DNA of 36,088 nucleotides from a virus (lineage: Duplodnaviria > Caudoviricetes), in IMG/VR virus record IMGVR_UViG_3300032227_000453, positions 1 to 36,088 of that record. One strand, 5' to 3'. The notes under the pieces are model-generated. The model ran no database searches and was not told where the DNA came from. It was given only the letters and a program-made list of their open reading frames with translations. A program made the position numbers and the translations under genes. Positions within the stretch are counted from its first letter, which is position 1. Each line of letters begins with the position of its first letter. Shown piece by piece: positions 6,027 through 13,919 of the stretch.

Positions 6027-6220
6027 GACAGGTGGTATTGGGCGAAGGCTTTCCCGTTGTGTCGCACCGTGGTGGTGACGATGTTCATCCCCGCTTGCCT
6101 CAGCTCGGCGATGCGGGCGGCGAGTCTCATGCAGCCCCACTTGTTGAGGGCTTGCAGAGCAGTGAGCTTGTAGCCGCGTGCCAGCCAAGCCTCGATCTTC
6201 TGTGTGGTGTTCTTTTTCAT
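6023..6220 (-). CDS. Small winged helix-turn-helix protein
   Basis: LTALQALNKWGCMRLAARIAELRQAGMNI...AQYHL phage wHTH pattern. Confidence 0.75.
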   Translation of the reverse strand: MKKNTTQKIEAWLARGYKLTALQALNKWGCMRLAARIAELRQAGMNIVTTTVRHNGKAFAQYHLS

Positions 6221-6224
6221 GGCG

Positions 6225-6455
6225 TCAGTCTCCTTGTTCGTCGTCATCGAATGAGAACATCTCGCTGATGGCAGCCATGACCGCCATGTGGACCTGATGC
6301 TCGATCTCGTCCATCGACGGGTCTTCCGTGTGCTTGAATGCTCGGGACACCCCGTAGCGACATCCTGATTCGATTGCGTGGCTTAGGATTACGTATGTTT
6401 TTGCTTTCATGTTGTAACTCATTTGCATTTTCAGTCGGGGAGAATCGTTCTTCAT
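6225..6455 (-). CDS. Hypothetical protein
   Basis: ATG 6455 overlaps the stop of the RuvC-like gene; acidic C-terminus. Confidence 0.6.
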   Translation of the reverse strand: MKNDSPRLKMQMSYNMKAKTYVILSHAIESGCRYGVSRAFKHTEDPSMDEIEHQVHMAVMAAISEMFSFDDDEQGD

Positions 6456-6901
6456 GGCGCGTGGGTGCGTCTTCCATACTCGGCGATCAGGAGGCTGTCG
6501 GCTGTTGCGTGTGTCACCTTGATGTCGGGGAACAGTTCCTGCGCGAGCTTCTTGGTGATGTTTTTGTCGCCCTTCGTCATGCAGCCCATGGCTCGCTGCC
6601 ATACCTGCGGGCGGACGCGCTCGAACGGGATGCCCGCTGCGGTCAGTGCCATCTCTAGGTTGCCGTAGCCCCGGCCAAACGTGAAGGCGGAGACCACACC
6701 CTGCTGCGGGCTGCTGGCGACTTGCTCAAGGTAGGCCTTCGCCGTCGGGTGCGTGTCCCGGTAGCATCGCGCCAGCCCGTGGAGCAGCTCCCAGAGGTCG
6801 CCGATGGTGTCGGGCATCTTCTCCGCGCATGCTCGCCCGTTTTCGTCGATCCATGCGATGCCGCCGTTTACGCCAGGATCGACGCCGATGATGGTTTTCA
6901 T
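6452..6901 (-). CDS. RuvC-like Holliday junction resolvase
   Basis: IIGVDPGVNGGIA, YLEQV, FTFGRGYG, VRPQVWQ, ADSLLIA motifs. Confidence 0.88.
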   Translation of the reverse strand: MKTIIGVDPGVNGGIAWIDENGRACAEKMPDTIGDLWELLHGLARCYRDTHPTAKAYLEQVASSPQQGVVSAFTFGRGYGNLEMALTAAGIPFERVRPQVWQRAMGCMTKGDKNITKKLAQELFPDIKVTHATADSLLIAEYGRRTHAP

Positions 6902-7545
6902 GATTGTTGATTGGTTGGGAGTTTGCCGGGCTTCACGAACACAAGGAAGTAGGAATGAAAGATTCGCGCATGGCGTTGAGTTCCTTTTTGTGGTCCGGGC
7001 ATCCGGGATTTGGCGGGCAGGATGAAAAGGTCGAGAAGCCGGAAGCCTTCATGCTCTGCCCAGTTGCAGACGTTGACGTGGGTAGCGTGCATCCGGTGGT
7101 TGTGGATCACGTCTTGGCACTTGAAGACCAGCACGCCGCCGGGCTTCAGGACGCGCCATGCCTCAGAGAGCGTCCCTCGGTAGTGTTCCTCCAGTTCTTC
7201 GTATCGGTAGTATCCTCCGAACCGTGCCGTCATGGCCACCTTGCTGTTGTGGTCGCGTCCGTTCTTCACGTATGTCAGGAATGGCGGATCAAAGACCATA
7301 TTGCGAAGGCTGGCTGGACCGAGCGGGAGCATCTGGGAGTCAGCCTCGACCACGCCTTCATGCAATGGAGTGATGTCGAAGCAATATCGAGGACGCTCGC
7401 GCCCCTTCCAGAACGACCCGTTCCCGAATGTGGCATCGCACTCGAAGCCTCCCGGACAGTGTAGCCTCTCGATGGCTTTCAGGATTGCGTCATTGGTATC
7501 ATAGACGCTTCTCACGACGACATCGGTCTCCATTGTGGCGTTCAT
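6898..7545 (-). CDS. Amino (N6-A/N4-C) DNA methyltransferase-like protein
   Basis: DATFGNGSFW SAM-binding-like motif, VFDPPF catalytic motif, RVLKPGGVLVFK. Confidence 0.82.
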   Translation of the reverse strand: MNATMETDVVVRSVYDTNDAILKAIERLHCPGGFECDATFGNGSFWKGRERPRYCFDITPLHEGVVEADSQMLPLGPASLRNMVFDPPFLTYVKNGRDHNSKVAMTARFGGYYRYEELEEHYRGTLSEAWRVLKPGGVLVFKCQDVIHNHRMHATHVNVCNWAEHEGFRLLDLFILPAKSRMPGPQKGTQRHARIFHSYFLVFVKPGKLPTNQQS

Positions 7546-7745
7546 TGGTTCCACAGCTTCATCTTGAGTTTCTTCGCCAGCCCCACCACCGCATCCAGCT
7601 CATCCTCGCCGGTCCAGTTGTGCTGGGTCTCGCTCTTGTAGGCGATCCACCGCCCGTCCTTGGATTGCATCGTGTGGATGCCCTTCTCCTTCATCCATTT
7701 CAGGCGTGGGGAAAGGTCTTCAGGTAGTTCGTCGAATAGGTTCAT
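7542..7745 (-). CDS. Hypothetical protein
   Basis: 67 aa; ATGA overlaps. Confidence 0.7.
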   Translation of the reverse strand: MNLFDELPEDLSPRLKWMKEKGIHTMQSKDGRWIAYKSETQHNWTGEDELDAVVGLAKKLKMKLWNQ

Positions 7746-7948
7746 CGCAGGAGGTCTAGCTTAGGGCGTCCGACTTCAGGTCCGTGTGCGGTCTTGATGA
7801 TGCAGTGCTCAACGGTCTTCATGTCGTCAAGGACGCGCTGGAACATTCGTTGCTCCTTGGGCGAGTTGCCGTAGGGCAGGGTGAGTGACTCATAGCCTAG
7901 GCGCTTGGCTTCTTGGGCTGAGAGGACTGGCGGCGTGTAGTGTTTCAT
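7742..7948 (-). CDS. Hypothetical protein
   Basis: 68 aa; ATGA overlap. Confidence 0.7.
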   Translation of the reverse strand: MKHYTPPVLSAQEAKRLGYESLTLPYGNSPKEQRMFQRVLDDMKTVEHCIIKTAHGPEVGRPKLDLLR

Positions 7949-8016
7949 AGGAAAAGGCGCCCTGCTGCGATTCTCTGGGCGGGAGGATTGGTTACCGTCG
8001 CAGCTCGGTGGTTAGG

Positions 8017-8250
8017 TCAGAACGGGATCGTTCCATCGTCATCCTTGCCCTGCGCCCCATACGGCTTCGGCTCGTAGAACGAAATCCATCCGCTCCATTC
8101 CGGGGTAACAGGCACGCCTTCCAGCTTCAAGGACAGGTTGCCCTGATCGTTCTCGAAGACCGCGCCTACGGTGAGGTAGCGTTTCTTCTCGGTGCCGTCC
8201 TTAGTCGTGTATTTGCCCACGGTGGCAACTGCGTCGTATTTCTTTTTCAT
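8017..8250 (-). CDS. Small SSB-like protein
   Basis: Beta-rich 77 aa protein with acidic tail DDDGTIPF, located in the recombination module. Confidence 0.7.
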   Translation of the reverse strand: MKKKYDAVATVGKYTTKDGTEKKRYLTVGAVFENDQGNLSLKLEGVPVTPEWSGWISFYEPKPYGAQGKDDDGTIPF

Positions 8251-8252
8251 GG

Positions 8253-8606
8253 TCAATCTTTGATAAAGACTCCGTTCTCCATCTTGCCGGTGCGTCCTTT
8301 GATCTCGTCGTAGGCAGCTTGAAGGCAGTCCTCGAAGCGCAACCCAGCCATCTCGGCGGCGAGGATCAGCGTTACGGTGCAGTCGCCGATGCCGTCGATT
8401 AAGTCGATTTTCGATTCGTATTGCTTGCCCTTTCTGGAGAAGACAGACTGTCCTTGAGAATAAAGCACCGCAGCATCCCGCGTCTCGGTCAGTTCCTCCT
8501 GTGTTTTGGACAACTGGCCAAGCAGCGTGCCGCGTCCTTCGGGACCGGTGATGCCCTTGCTGACTCCCCATTCCCTTACTGCGTCGATTAGTTCTTGGAT
8601 GTTCAT
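8253..8606 (-). CDS. MazG-like nucleotide pyrophosphohydrolase
   Basis: QLSKTQEELTE...DGIGDCTVTLI...CLQAAYDEIKGRTGKMENGVFIK. Confidence 0.85.
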   Translation of the reverse strand: MNIQELIDAVREWGVSKGITGPEGRGTLLGQLSKTQEELTETRDAAVLYSQGQSVFSRKGKQYESKIDLIDGIGDCTVTLILAAEMAGLRFEDCLQAAYDEIKGRTGKMENGVFIKD

Positions 8607-8608
8607 GT

Positions 8609-9412
8609 TTACAGGTAAGCTGGTTTCTCGATGGTGATGATGCCTTCGTGCTGTTTAGGCCAGTGGTCGGTTGCGACGCATGCCTGCCATTGACCGAGCG
8701 CATTCATGTATCCAGCCCGGCCAAGGTCAATAAAATTCTCTGACAGCTCCACCCAGGCGGTCTCGAATGGCTCCTTCGTCTCGATGAAGCAGAACACGAA
8801 CCGCTTGCGGTTCTCCCCGCTGGCGGCGTTCCAGAGGTCGAGGTAAAGCGCAGCCTGCCAGTGATACCCACGGCTGGCAATCGTCCGCATGATCTCGTTT
8901 TGCGAGCCAATGCTGCCCGTGGTCTTGAGATCCACCAGCAGGTCCAGCCCGTCCGGCACGATGTCAATCATCCCCTTGATCTGGGTTGCGCCAATCTCCC
9001 CGAATGCTGCCACCTCGGAGTCATAGAGACCGGCGAAGCGTTGGGCATACTCCTCGGAGAAAATCTGCTCGCAGCAGGTAGCCGTTCGGATGTCATCGCT
9101 GGTGACGATCATTTTGCCCATCTCCCGCTGGTCATCCCGCCATTCCTGCGCTGCTTTTGTGCGGAAGTCGGCGAAGGGTGAGACGACCGCGATGGAATCG
9201 ACCGGGACGTTGGGTTCAAGGATGGCGGAGTGGATCAGCGTGCCGAGGTCCATTGCCTTGGTGACATCCTTGCCGGTGCTGTGCCGCCACCTGAAGGGCG
9301 ACTGGTGGAAGTCCCAGAGCAGTGACTTACTGACCGGTCCGTCAAGCTTGGCCGGGGTGGCTGTGCGCAGGTAATACGCCTTGCCAATGTTCTTTTCGAT
9401 GTGTGCTTTCAT
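8609..9412 (-). CDS. PD-(D/E)XK exonuclease, RecE/exonuclease VIII C-terminal-like
   Basis: GTLIHSAILEP, KGMIDIV, VDLKTT, YHWQAALY; adjacent to ERF. Confidence 0.85.
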   Translation of the reverse strand: MKAHIEKNIGKAYYLRTATPAKLDGPVSKSLLWDFHQSPFRWRHSTGKDVTKAMDLGTLIHSAILEPNVPVDSIAVVSPFADFRTKAAQEWRDDQREMGKMIVTSDDIRTATCCEQIFSEEYAQRFAGLYDSEVAAFGEIGATQIKGMIDIVPDGLDLLVDLKTTGSIGSQNEIMRTIASRGYHWQAALYLDLWNAASGENRKRFVFCFIETKEPFETAWVELSENFIDLGRAGYMNALGQWQACVATDHWPKQHEGIITIEKPAYL

Positions 9413-9420
9413 GGGTGCTT

Positions 9421-9996
9421 TCAGGCTTTGCGTTGCTTGGCGGCGAACGCCTTTTCGATGTGGGGGAGCTTGTCCGTGGTCAGGTCGGCGAGCTTAGCTG
9501 CCCCGTAGTGTTTCAGGAAGGCCGCTTCGTCGATGTTGAGGGCTTCCAGCGTGTCCTTGATGCCGATGGCCTGCTCCTCGCTGATTTTGGGGTATTCTGC
9601 GCGTTTCTGAGTGGTCGAGCTGTTGCCGTCGTCATCCTCCTGCGCGATCCCGGCGAAGGCTGCTAGGGCGTAGCGGCGAAGGTAGGTGGTCGCGGCGCCG
9701 ATGCCCTGCCCGTCTTGTTTAGCTGGGACGCATGAGATTTCACCGGAGATGTGGCCACCGCCGGAATGGCAGATGGCAGTCGTGACCGATACCTTCACCC
9801 CGTCAAATGACGGAGATTGAATGACACTCAGACCGTTGGCGGCGAGGACCGGACGGACGGTGTTGAGGACCTCCGCCAGATCCGCGTATTTGCTGCGGAA
9901 GTGCGGGTTAACGCTGGCTTTCGTTGCGTTCTCGACCTCACCTTGCATCTTGGCAAGTGCGGCGAGTAGTTCTGGGGTGCTGTGTGTCAGGTTCAT
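9421..9996 (-). CDS. erf: ERF-family single-strand annealing protein
   Basis: NPHFRSKYADL...QGIGAATTYLRRYALAAFAGIAQEDDDG signature. Confidence 0.92.
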   Translation of the reverse strand: MNLTHSTPELLAALAKMQGEVENATKASVNPHFRSKYADLAEVLNTVRPVLAANGLSVIQSPSFDGVKVSVTTAICHSGGGHISGEISCVPAKQDGQGIGAATTYLRRYALAAFAGIAQEDDDGNSSTTQKRAEYPKISEEQAIGIKDTLEALNIDEAAFLKHYGAAKLADLTTDKLPHIEKAFAAKQRKA

Positions 9997-10388
9997 TGCG
10001 TGTTGCTTGTTTCTGTTTGTGGATTAAGCGGGCTGAGAATGCCGTGAAGTTCTGCGAAGAATTGGATATTGAGGTATTGGCTAGGTCGAGCTTTTTTTTG
10101 ACGGTAAAGGTTGATTACGGCGGCCACCTGCTGCCGGACGGACCCATCCCCGCCATAGGAGCGGCTGAAGATTCGCTGTCTGGCATACATGGCTACCCCG
10201 TGGCTGATTCGGCCCACCACGCGGGCGGAATCGATCAGGCTGTGATGCTCAGACCAGAGGGCCATGACGATTTGCCGACCGTGAGAGGGCAGCGCGTGAC
10301 GGCTCGGGCCGAGGATCAGGTGCTTGTCGATGCCGAGCACCTGCGCGGTGCTCTCAAGCAGCGTGTCGAAGTCGTCAATGATGAGCAT
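9993..10388 (-). CDS. DnaA C-terminal (domain IV)-like DNA-binding protein
   Basis: LGIDKHLILGPSR...RQIVMAL...SL...VGRISHG..MYARQRI resembles the DnaA domain IV pattern. Confidence 0.6.
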   Translation of the reverse strand: MLIIDDFDTLLESTAQVLGIDKHLILGPSRHALPSHGRQIVMALWSEHHSLIDSARVVGRISHGVAMYARQRIFSRSYGGDGSVRQQVAAVINLYRQKKARPSQYLNIQFFAELHGILSPLNPQTETSNTQ

Positions 10389-10692
10389 TTCGTGCCTGCT
10401 TTCTAAGGTAACGGAACAGGGTAGCCACCGAGGTCTGGGTAACGGTCAAGCATGGCTCGTATGAGCTGAGGACGGTCTCGACGCCTGCCCACTTGAAGCC
10501 ATAGATTGAAAAGCCGGTGTGGATACGCTTGCCGGGTAGGAAGTGCGTCTTGCCTGCCTCGGTCCGCCTGACGTGCCAGATCGGCTTGTAGGGCGGCTTA
10601 GGCTCATGCGGCGGGTCGTTGTCCACGCTGGGGCAGTATTCGCCGGGGAGTTCGGCGATTTCCACGGCTGGCTCATAAAGGTCGTATGTCAT
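10375..10692 (-). CDS. Hypothetical protein
   Basis: 105 aa; fits the tiling. Confidence 0.65.
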   Translation of the reverse strand: MTYDLYEPAVEIAELPGEYCPSVDNDPPHEPKPPYKPIWHVRRTEAGKTHFLPGKRIHTGFSIYGFKWAGVETVLSSYEPCLTVTQTSVATLFRYLRKQARNAHH

Positions 10693-10727
10693 AATTTTGG
10701 TTGGTGCTGGATGGTGATAGTGAGGGT

Positions 10728-10892
10728 CTAGGCGTCGAGCGTCACGCCAACAAAGATCGACATCGCCAGGATGCCAACGATGGACGCGTAAGCGCCGAAT
10801 TCACGGCAGCCTGAGACGGCCAGCAGGACGAGCCCGGCGATGCATAGGGCCAAGGTGAGCCCGCAAAAGATCTTGCCTTGGTCAGTGGTCAT
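10728..10892 (-). CDS. Small two-TM membrane protein (not in the ORF track)
   Basis: Hand translation MTTDQGKIFCGLTLALCIAGLVLLAVSGCREFGAYASIVGILAMSIFVGVTLDA*, 54 aa. Confidence 0.65.
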   Translation of the reverse strand: MTTDQGKIFCGLTLALCIAGLVLLAVSGCREFGAYASIVGILAMSIFVGVTLDA

Positions 10893-10977
10893 TGGAGTCG
10901 GATTTGTAGATGAGCAGGGCGATCACCTCAGCGGCGAATGCGCAGAAGGCGAGGATGATAAGGAATTTTGCAATCAT
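10882..10977 (-). CDS. Single-TM micropeptide
   Basis: MIAKFLIILAFCAFAAEVIALLIYKSDSNDH, 31 aa, preceded by the CACTATCA motif. Confidence 0.55.
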   Translation of the reverse strand: MIAKFLIILAFCAFAAEVIALLIYKSDSNDH

Positions 10978-10996
10978 GGCGTGGCCTGATAGTGGT

Positions 10997-11206
10997 TCAT
11001 GCCCAATCGACGATCCCGCGCAGGCCGTCGTCAACTTCCACCGTAGAGACTGCGAAAAGGTCGGCGAGTTCTTCCGGGAGTGGAGTGCCATGGACGACGT
11101 AGGCAATGAAGTGCTCGCGGAAATGCCAGGGTTGAATGGCGTCCGAAGCGCAGGATTCGTTTTGGCAGCGATAGAAAAGCGAAGTTTTGGAGAGTTTGGT
11201 TCTCAT
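10997..11206 (-). CDS. Hypothetical early protein
   Basis: ATG 11206 follows a hairpin and the CACTATCACGC motif. Confidence 0.65.
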   Translation of the reverse strand: MRTKLSKTSLFYRCQNESCASDAIQPWHFREHFIAYVVHGTPLPEELADLFAVSTVEVDDGLRGIVDWA

Positions 11207-11252
11207 GGAGCGTGGCGTGATAGTGGCAGGGGATCGGACCCTGCCGGATGGT

Positions 11253-11528
11253 TCATGCGTTGAATTCCTCCCAGAGCGAATCAGAAAGGATCTGGAAGCT
11301 TCCTCCCCCCATGATGGCGTCGAATGCCTCAAGGGGAGTTTTGCCACCGTCCACCAAGGCGCGGATGGCCAGGCCGATCACCGCTTCAGGCGTCGGCGTG
11401 ATACCTTGCGCGGCGATGAGCGCGGCGATTCCGCAAAGGATGGTTTTTGCGCTTGGCGTGATAGTGGCCAGCCTCCCGCCATTGCTGGCTGGCTGCTGCA
11501 GGACGGTACTTGTGGGATCGTGTTTCAT
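11253..11528 (-). CDS. Hypothetical early protein
   Basis: 91 aa; follows a hairpin and the CACTATCACGC motif. Confidence 0.65.
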   Translation of the reverse strand: MKHDPTSTVLQQPASNGGRLATITPSAKTILCGIAALIAAQGITPTPEAVIGLAIRALVDGGKTPLEAFDAIMGGGSFQILSDSLWEEFNA

Positions 11529-11577
11529 GGTGCGTGCGTGATAGTGCGGGGAGGATTGAACTCCCCGCCATGGTTGT

Positions 11578-11772
11578 TTAGGCTGGTCGGACTTCCGTCT
11601 GGTTTTGGTTGTCCCAGGTCATGCGGTCCGGGTTGGACAGCGTGGAATGGTGCGGTCGGCGGTCGGTGTAACGCTCCGCCATGTCCGACAGTCGCACCAC
11701 GGTGTAGCGGTGAACCTGAGAGGCTGGCGCGGTAGTTCCCCGCGCGGGGGATTTGGTCCATTTTGGTTTCAT
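11578..11772 (-). CDS. Hypothetical early protein
   Basis: 64 aa between two intergenic hairpins; frame choice less certain. Confidence 0.5.
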   Translation of the reverse strand: MKPKWTKSPARGTTAPASQVHRYTVVRLSDMAERYTDRRPHHSTLSNPDRMTWDNQNQTEVRPA

Positions 11773-11819
11773 TGTTTCGATTGGTGAAGCGGGAGGGATC
11801 GGACCTCCCGCCGGTTAGG

Positions 11820-12176
11820 TCAGAAGCTGGAAACGATGATTCCGCCGTCGAATTCGATCAGCTTACCACGGTCCGTGATGTATTCGCGGATCGCGTCTTC
11901 CGTCGCGTCCTCGTCCGCGTCTTCCTCGTCAACTCCGGCAGCATCCAGCACGTCTGCAAGGTCGATTCCGTAGTCTGAAACCCAATCGAGGAGGCTGGCG
12001 TGTTCCGAGTAGTCGCTGCGCAGTGCGACGGCGCAAAACTCTAGTTCCTCGCCGATGGACTCCTCTTGCTCTTCCAGGTGCTCGACAAGCGCGAATGCTC
12101 CAGCGCGGGACCATTTGGCGTTCTTGTCGTCAATCAGGCGGAGCGCTGCGTCGTGGGTGGTCAATGTTGTTTTCAT
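11820..12176 (-). CDS. Highly acidic early protein, candidate DNA mimic/antirestriction protein
   Basis: Strong D/E enrichment (EEQEESIGEELE; DEEDADEDATED); among the first early genes. Confidence 0.6.
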   Translation of the reverse strand: MKTTLTTHDAALRLIDDKNAKWSRAGAFALVEHLEEQEESIGEELEFCAVALRSDYSEHASLLDWVSDYGIDLADVLDAAGVDEEDADEDATEDAIREYITDRGKLIEFDGGIIVSSF

Positions 12177-12211
12177 TTTTTCGGTGTGTGTGGTGTGTGT
12201 GTGTGTGGTAA

Positions 12212-12499
12212 TTAAATCAAAACCTCTCCGGCGTGGTCATTATCGCCGACCCATAGCGGGAGAACGTTAGTTATCGGCGACTGCGCGGCGGAGCGTGCGA
12301 CCTCGGCACGGATAGCGCGGGCTGCAAGAGCCTCCCGGTAACCTCCTTGCGATTGGCATGCGGTCCCCTCGGTAACCCATGCGTCGCGCTCGGCGGCGGA
12401 GTCAAAGCGGACGATCGTGCGAATAACGCGCATGGTGCGGGAGTCATGCATGCCAGCCCCGAATGGGTAGGTTGCAGCGTGGTAGTGTTTCGTTGTCAT
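12212..12499 (-). CDS. Hypothetical early protein
   Basis: 95 aa; CA-rich leader. Confidence 0.7.
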   Translation of the reverse strand: MTTKHYHAATYPFGAGMHDSRTMRVIRTIVRFDSAAERDAWVTEGTACQSQGGYREALAARAIRAEVARSAAQSPITNVLPLWVGDNDHAGEVLI

Positions 12500-12536
12500 G
12501 GTGCGGTGTGTGTGTGGTGTGGTGTGTGTGTAAAGA

Positions 12537-12659
12537 TCACTCCCAGGGCCAAGCCATCACAGTCCGGGCCTCCCCCCGGATGTCTGCATCGCCGGGACCG
12601 GCGGGCATGTAGCGGTAGGCGAGTGCGACGATGGCGACGAGTGCGAGGGTGGTTTTCAT
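12537..12659 (-). CDS. Small hydrophobic peptide
   Basis: MKTTLALVAIVALAYRY..., 40 aa. Confidence 0.5.
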   Translation of the reverse strand: MKTTLALVAIVALAYRYMPAGPGDADIRGEARTVMAWPWE

Positions 12660-12694
12660 GGGGTGGCGTAGTGAGAGCTTAGCGGGCGATTCGC

Positions 12695-12817
12695 TTAGAA
12701 AGGCGAGCCCGCTGCCGATGCGGCGGAGGCGAGGAACCAAAGGAGGCCCGCAGCGATTACTGCGAAGGCTACGAGTGCGAGGACGGTCATGATGTCGTCG
12801 AGTGTGAAGCGTTTCAT
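12695..12817 (-). CDS. Single-TM peptide, first early gene (not in the ORF track)
   Basis: Hand translation MKRFTLDDIMTVLALVAFAVIAAGLLWFLASAASAAGSPF*, 40 aa. Confidence 0.55.
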   Translation of the reverse strand: MKRFTLDDIMTVLALVAFAVIAAGLLWFLASAASAAGSPF

Positions 12818-12886
12818 CGGTGGTTTAGTTTGTGTTTCCGGTGGTTTGGTTTGCGTTGCGTGTCGCTCGTTGCTGGCGACGGATGC

Positions 12887-12915
12887 AACCTAGGATTTGT
12901 TCCCCAAATTGCCAA
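12887..12915 (-). promoter_or_regulatory. Putative sigma70-type early promoter
   Basis: TTGGCA-17 nt-TAGGTT on the minus strand with an upstream T-tract, ~70 nt before the first early ORF. Confidence 0.6.
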
Positions 12916-13081
12916 CAAAAAAATGCTAGCACCCCGAAAATTCCCCGCAACTTTTAGCTTGCCAAGCCCGCCAGCCTTACAGCCACAAGGGATTCGTGCG
13001 ATGGGACGGCGGAGAAAAAAATTCGCGATTTATTCGCGGCGGGGAGCGGCGGGAAATCTCAAATCGACCAGGCGAGCCTAG

Positions 13082-13111
13082 TTGACAAGCGGGCGCTTAA
13101 CGTGTAGGAAT
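13082..13111 (+). promoter_or_regulatory. Putative rightward promoter
   Basis: TTGACA-17 nt-TAGGAAT in the non-coding region. Confidence 0.5.
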
Positions 13112-13510
13112 CAACCGTTCCACGAACAGGACAGCGTGGAGCACGGGCAAAGGGCGGTAGCGAGCGCACCGTTCACTCAATCTAGGATCGCTGAATCGCA
13201 CGCTGGGGACTCTCGTGCGGTTAGCCTGGGCAGGTTCCACCCCTCCCTCGTTTGTAGAGCAGACATCCGAACGCCCCGCGAGTGCGGCAGCTGATTTGGG
13301 ACCACAGAACCAACGAGGGATCAAGCGATCTCCCCGTAGAGTCCCCGTTACACAGACGCAAGCGTGAAGCGGGCAAGGGGTTTGGTTTGTTCATCGACTC
13401 GACGAACACGGAAGGCAGCATCTGGGAATATCCACGCTGGAAACCCATTACTCCCCTTCATAAATAATCCCTAAAAACCCGCCAGCATCGCGCCATTCGG
13501 CCAGCCGTGA

Positions 13511-13714
13511 CTGGTAGCTCGTTCACGCCGTCAGCTCGGTCGCGCTGGCAGCTCGGTCGCGCTGGTAGCTCGGTCGCATCGCCAGCCTGGCAGATCGGTC
13601 GATTGATACGCTCGTTTGCGACATCACCGGCAGCGCCTAGCGGATAGCTCATGGCGCCGGCAGCTCGACGACATCGCCAGCCTGTCAGCCGGTCGATTGC
13701 AACGCTCGTTCGCG
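13511..13714. repeat. 17-bp tandem repeats plus a ~43-bp imperfect duplication
   Basis: CTGG(C/T)AGCTCGGTCGCG-like units at 13511, 13528, 13545, 13562 and 13587; 13577-13620 resembles 13672-13714. Confidence 0.8.
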
Positions 13715-13885
13715 GCGGTGATTGATGCGGGTGTTGGCACAACGGTATCGCAGCGGTGATGCTGGTGCGGGCTGGTTGCAAGTGCAAGCTGGTTGCGGTA
13801 GGGGGGAGGGGGTCGAGGGGTGCTGGGCGCGGTGACAGCTATTGGATCTCCCGCCCCTCGAAAAAATGCCCAACAGCGAAAGGTG

Positions 13886-13914
13886 TTGACAAACCTCCCC
13901 CATCTGCTACACCT
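13886..13914 (+). promoter_or_regulatory. Putative late-arm promoter, probably giving a leaderless mRNA
   Basis: TTGACA-16 nt-TACACCT; ATG at 13920. Confidence 0.6.
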
Positions 13915-13919
13915 GCCGC

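Noticed and set aside
8017-8703. Long N-terminal extensions in the ORF track (8017-8703, 5748-6188, 6225-6602, 2918-3343, 532-885)
   Set aside because: The extensions overlap neighbouring genes in other frames; internal starts coupled to upstream stops fit better.
11224-11812. tRNA genes suggested by T-loop-like hairpins
   Set aside because: Only isolated hairpins; no acceptor stem, D-arm or anticodon arm can be formed.
13120-13178. Additional attC site (CACGAAC...GTTCACT)
   Set aside because: The interior does not form paired L boxes or a convincing stem.
13511-13603. Mini CRISPR array
   Set aside because: The 17-bp units are directly tandem with no unique spacers, and no cas genes are seen.
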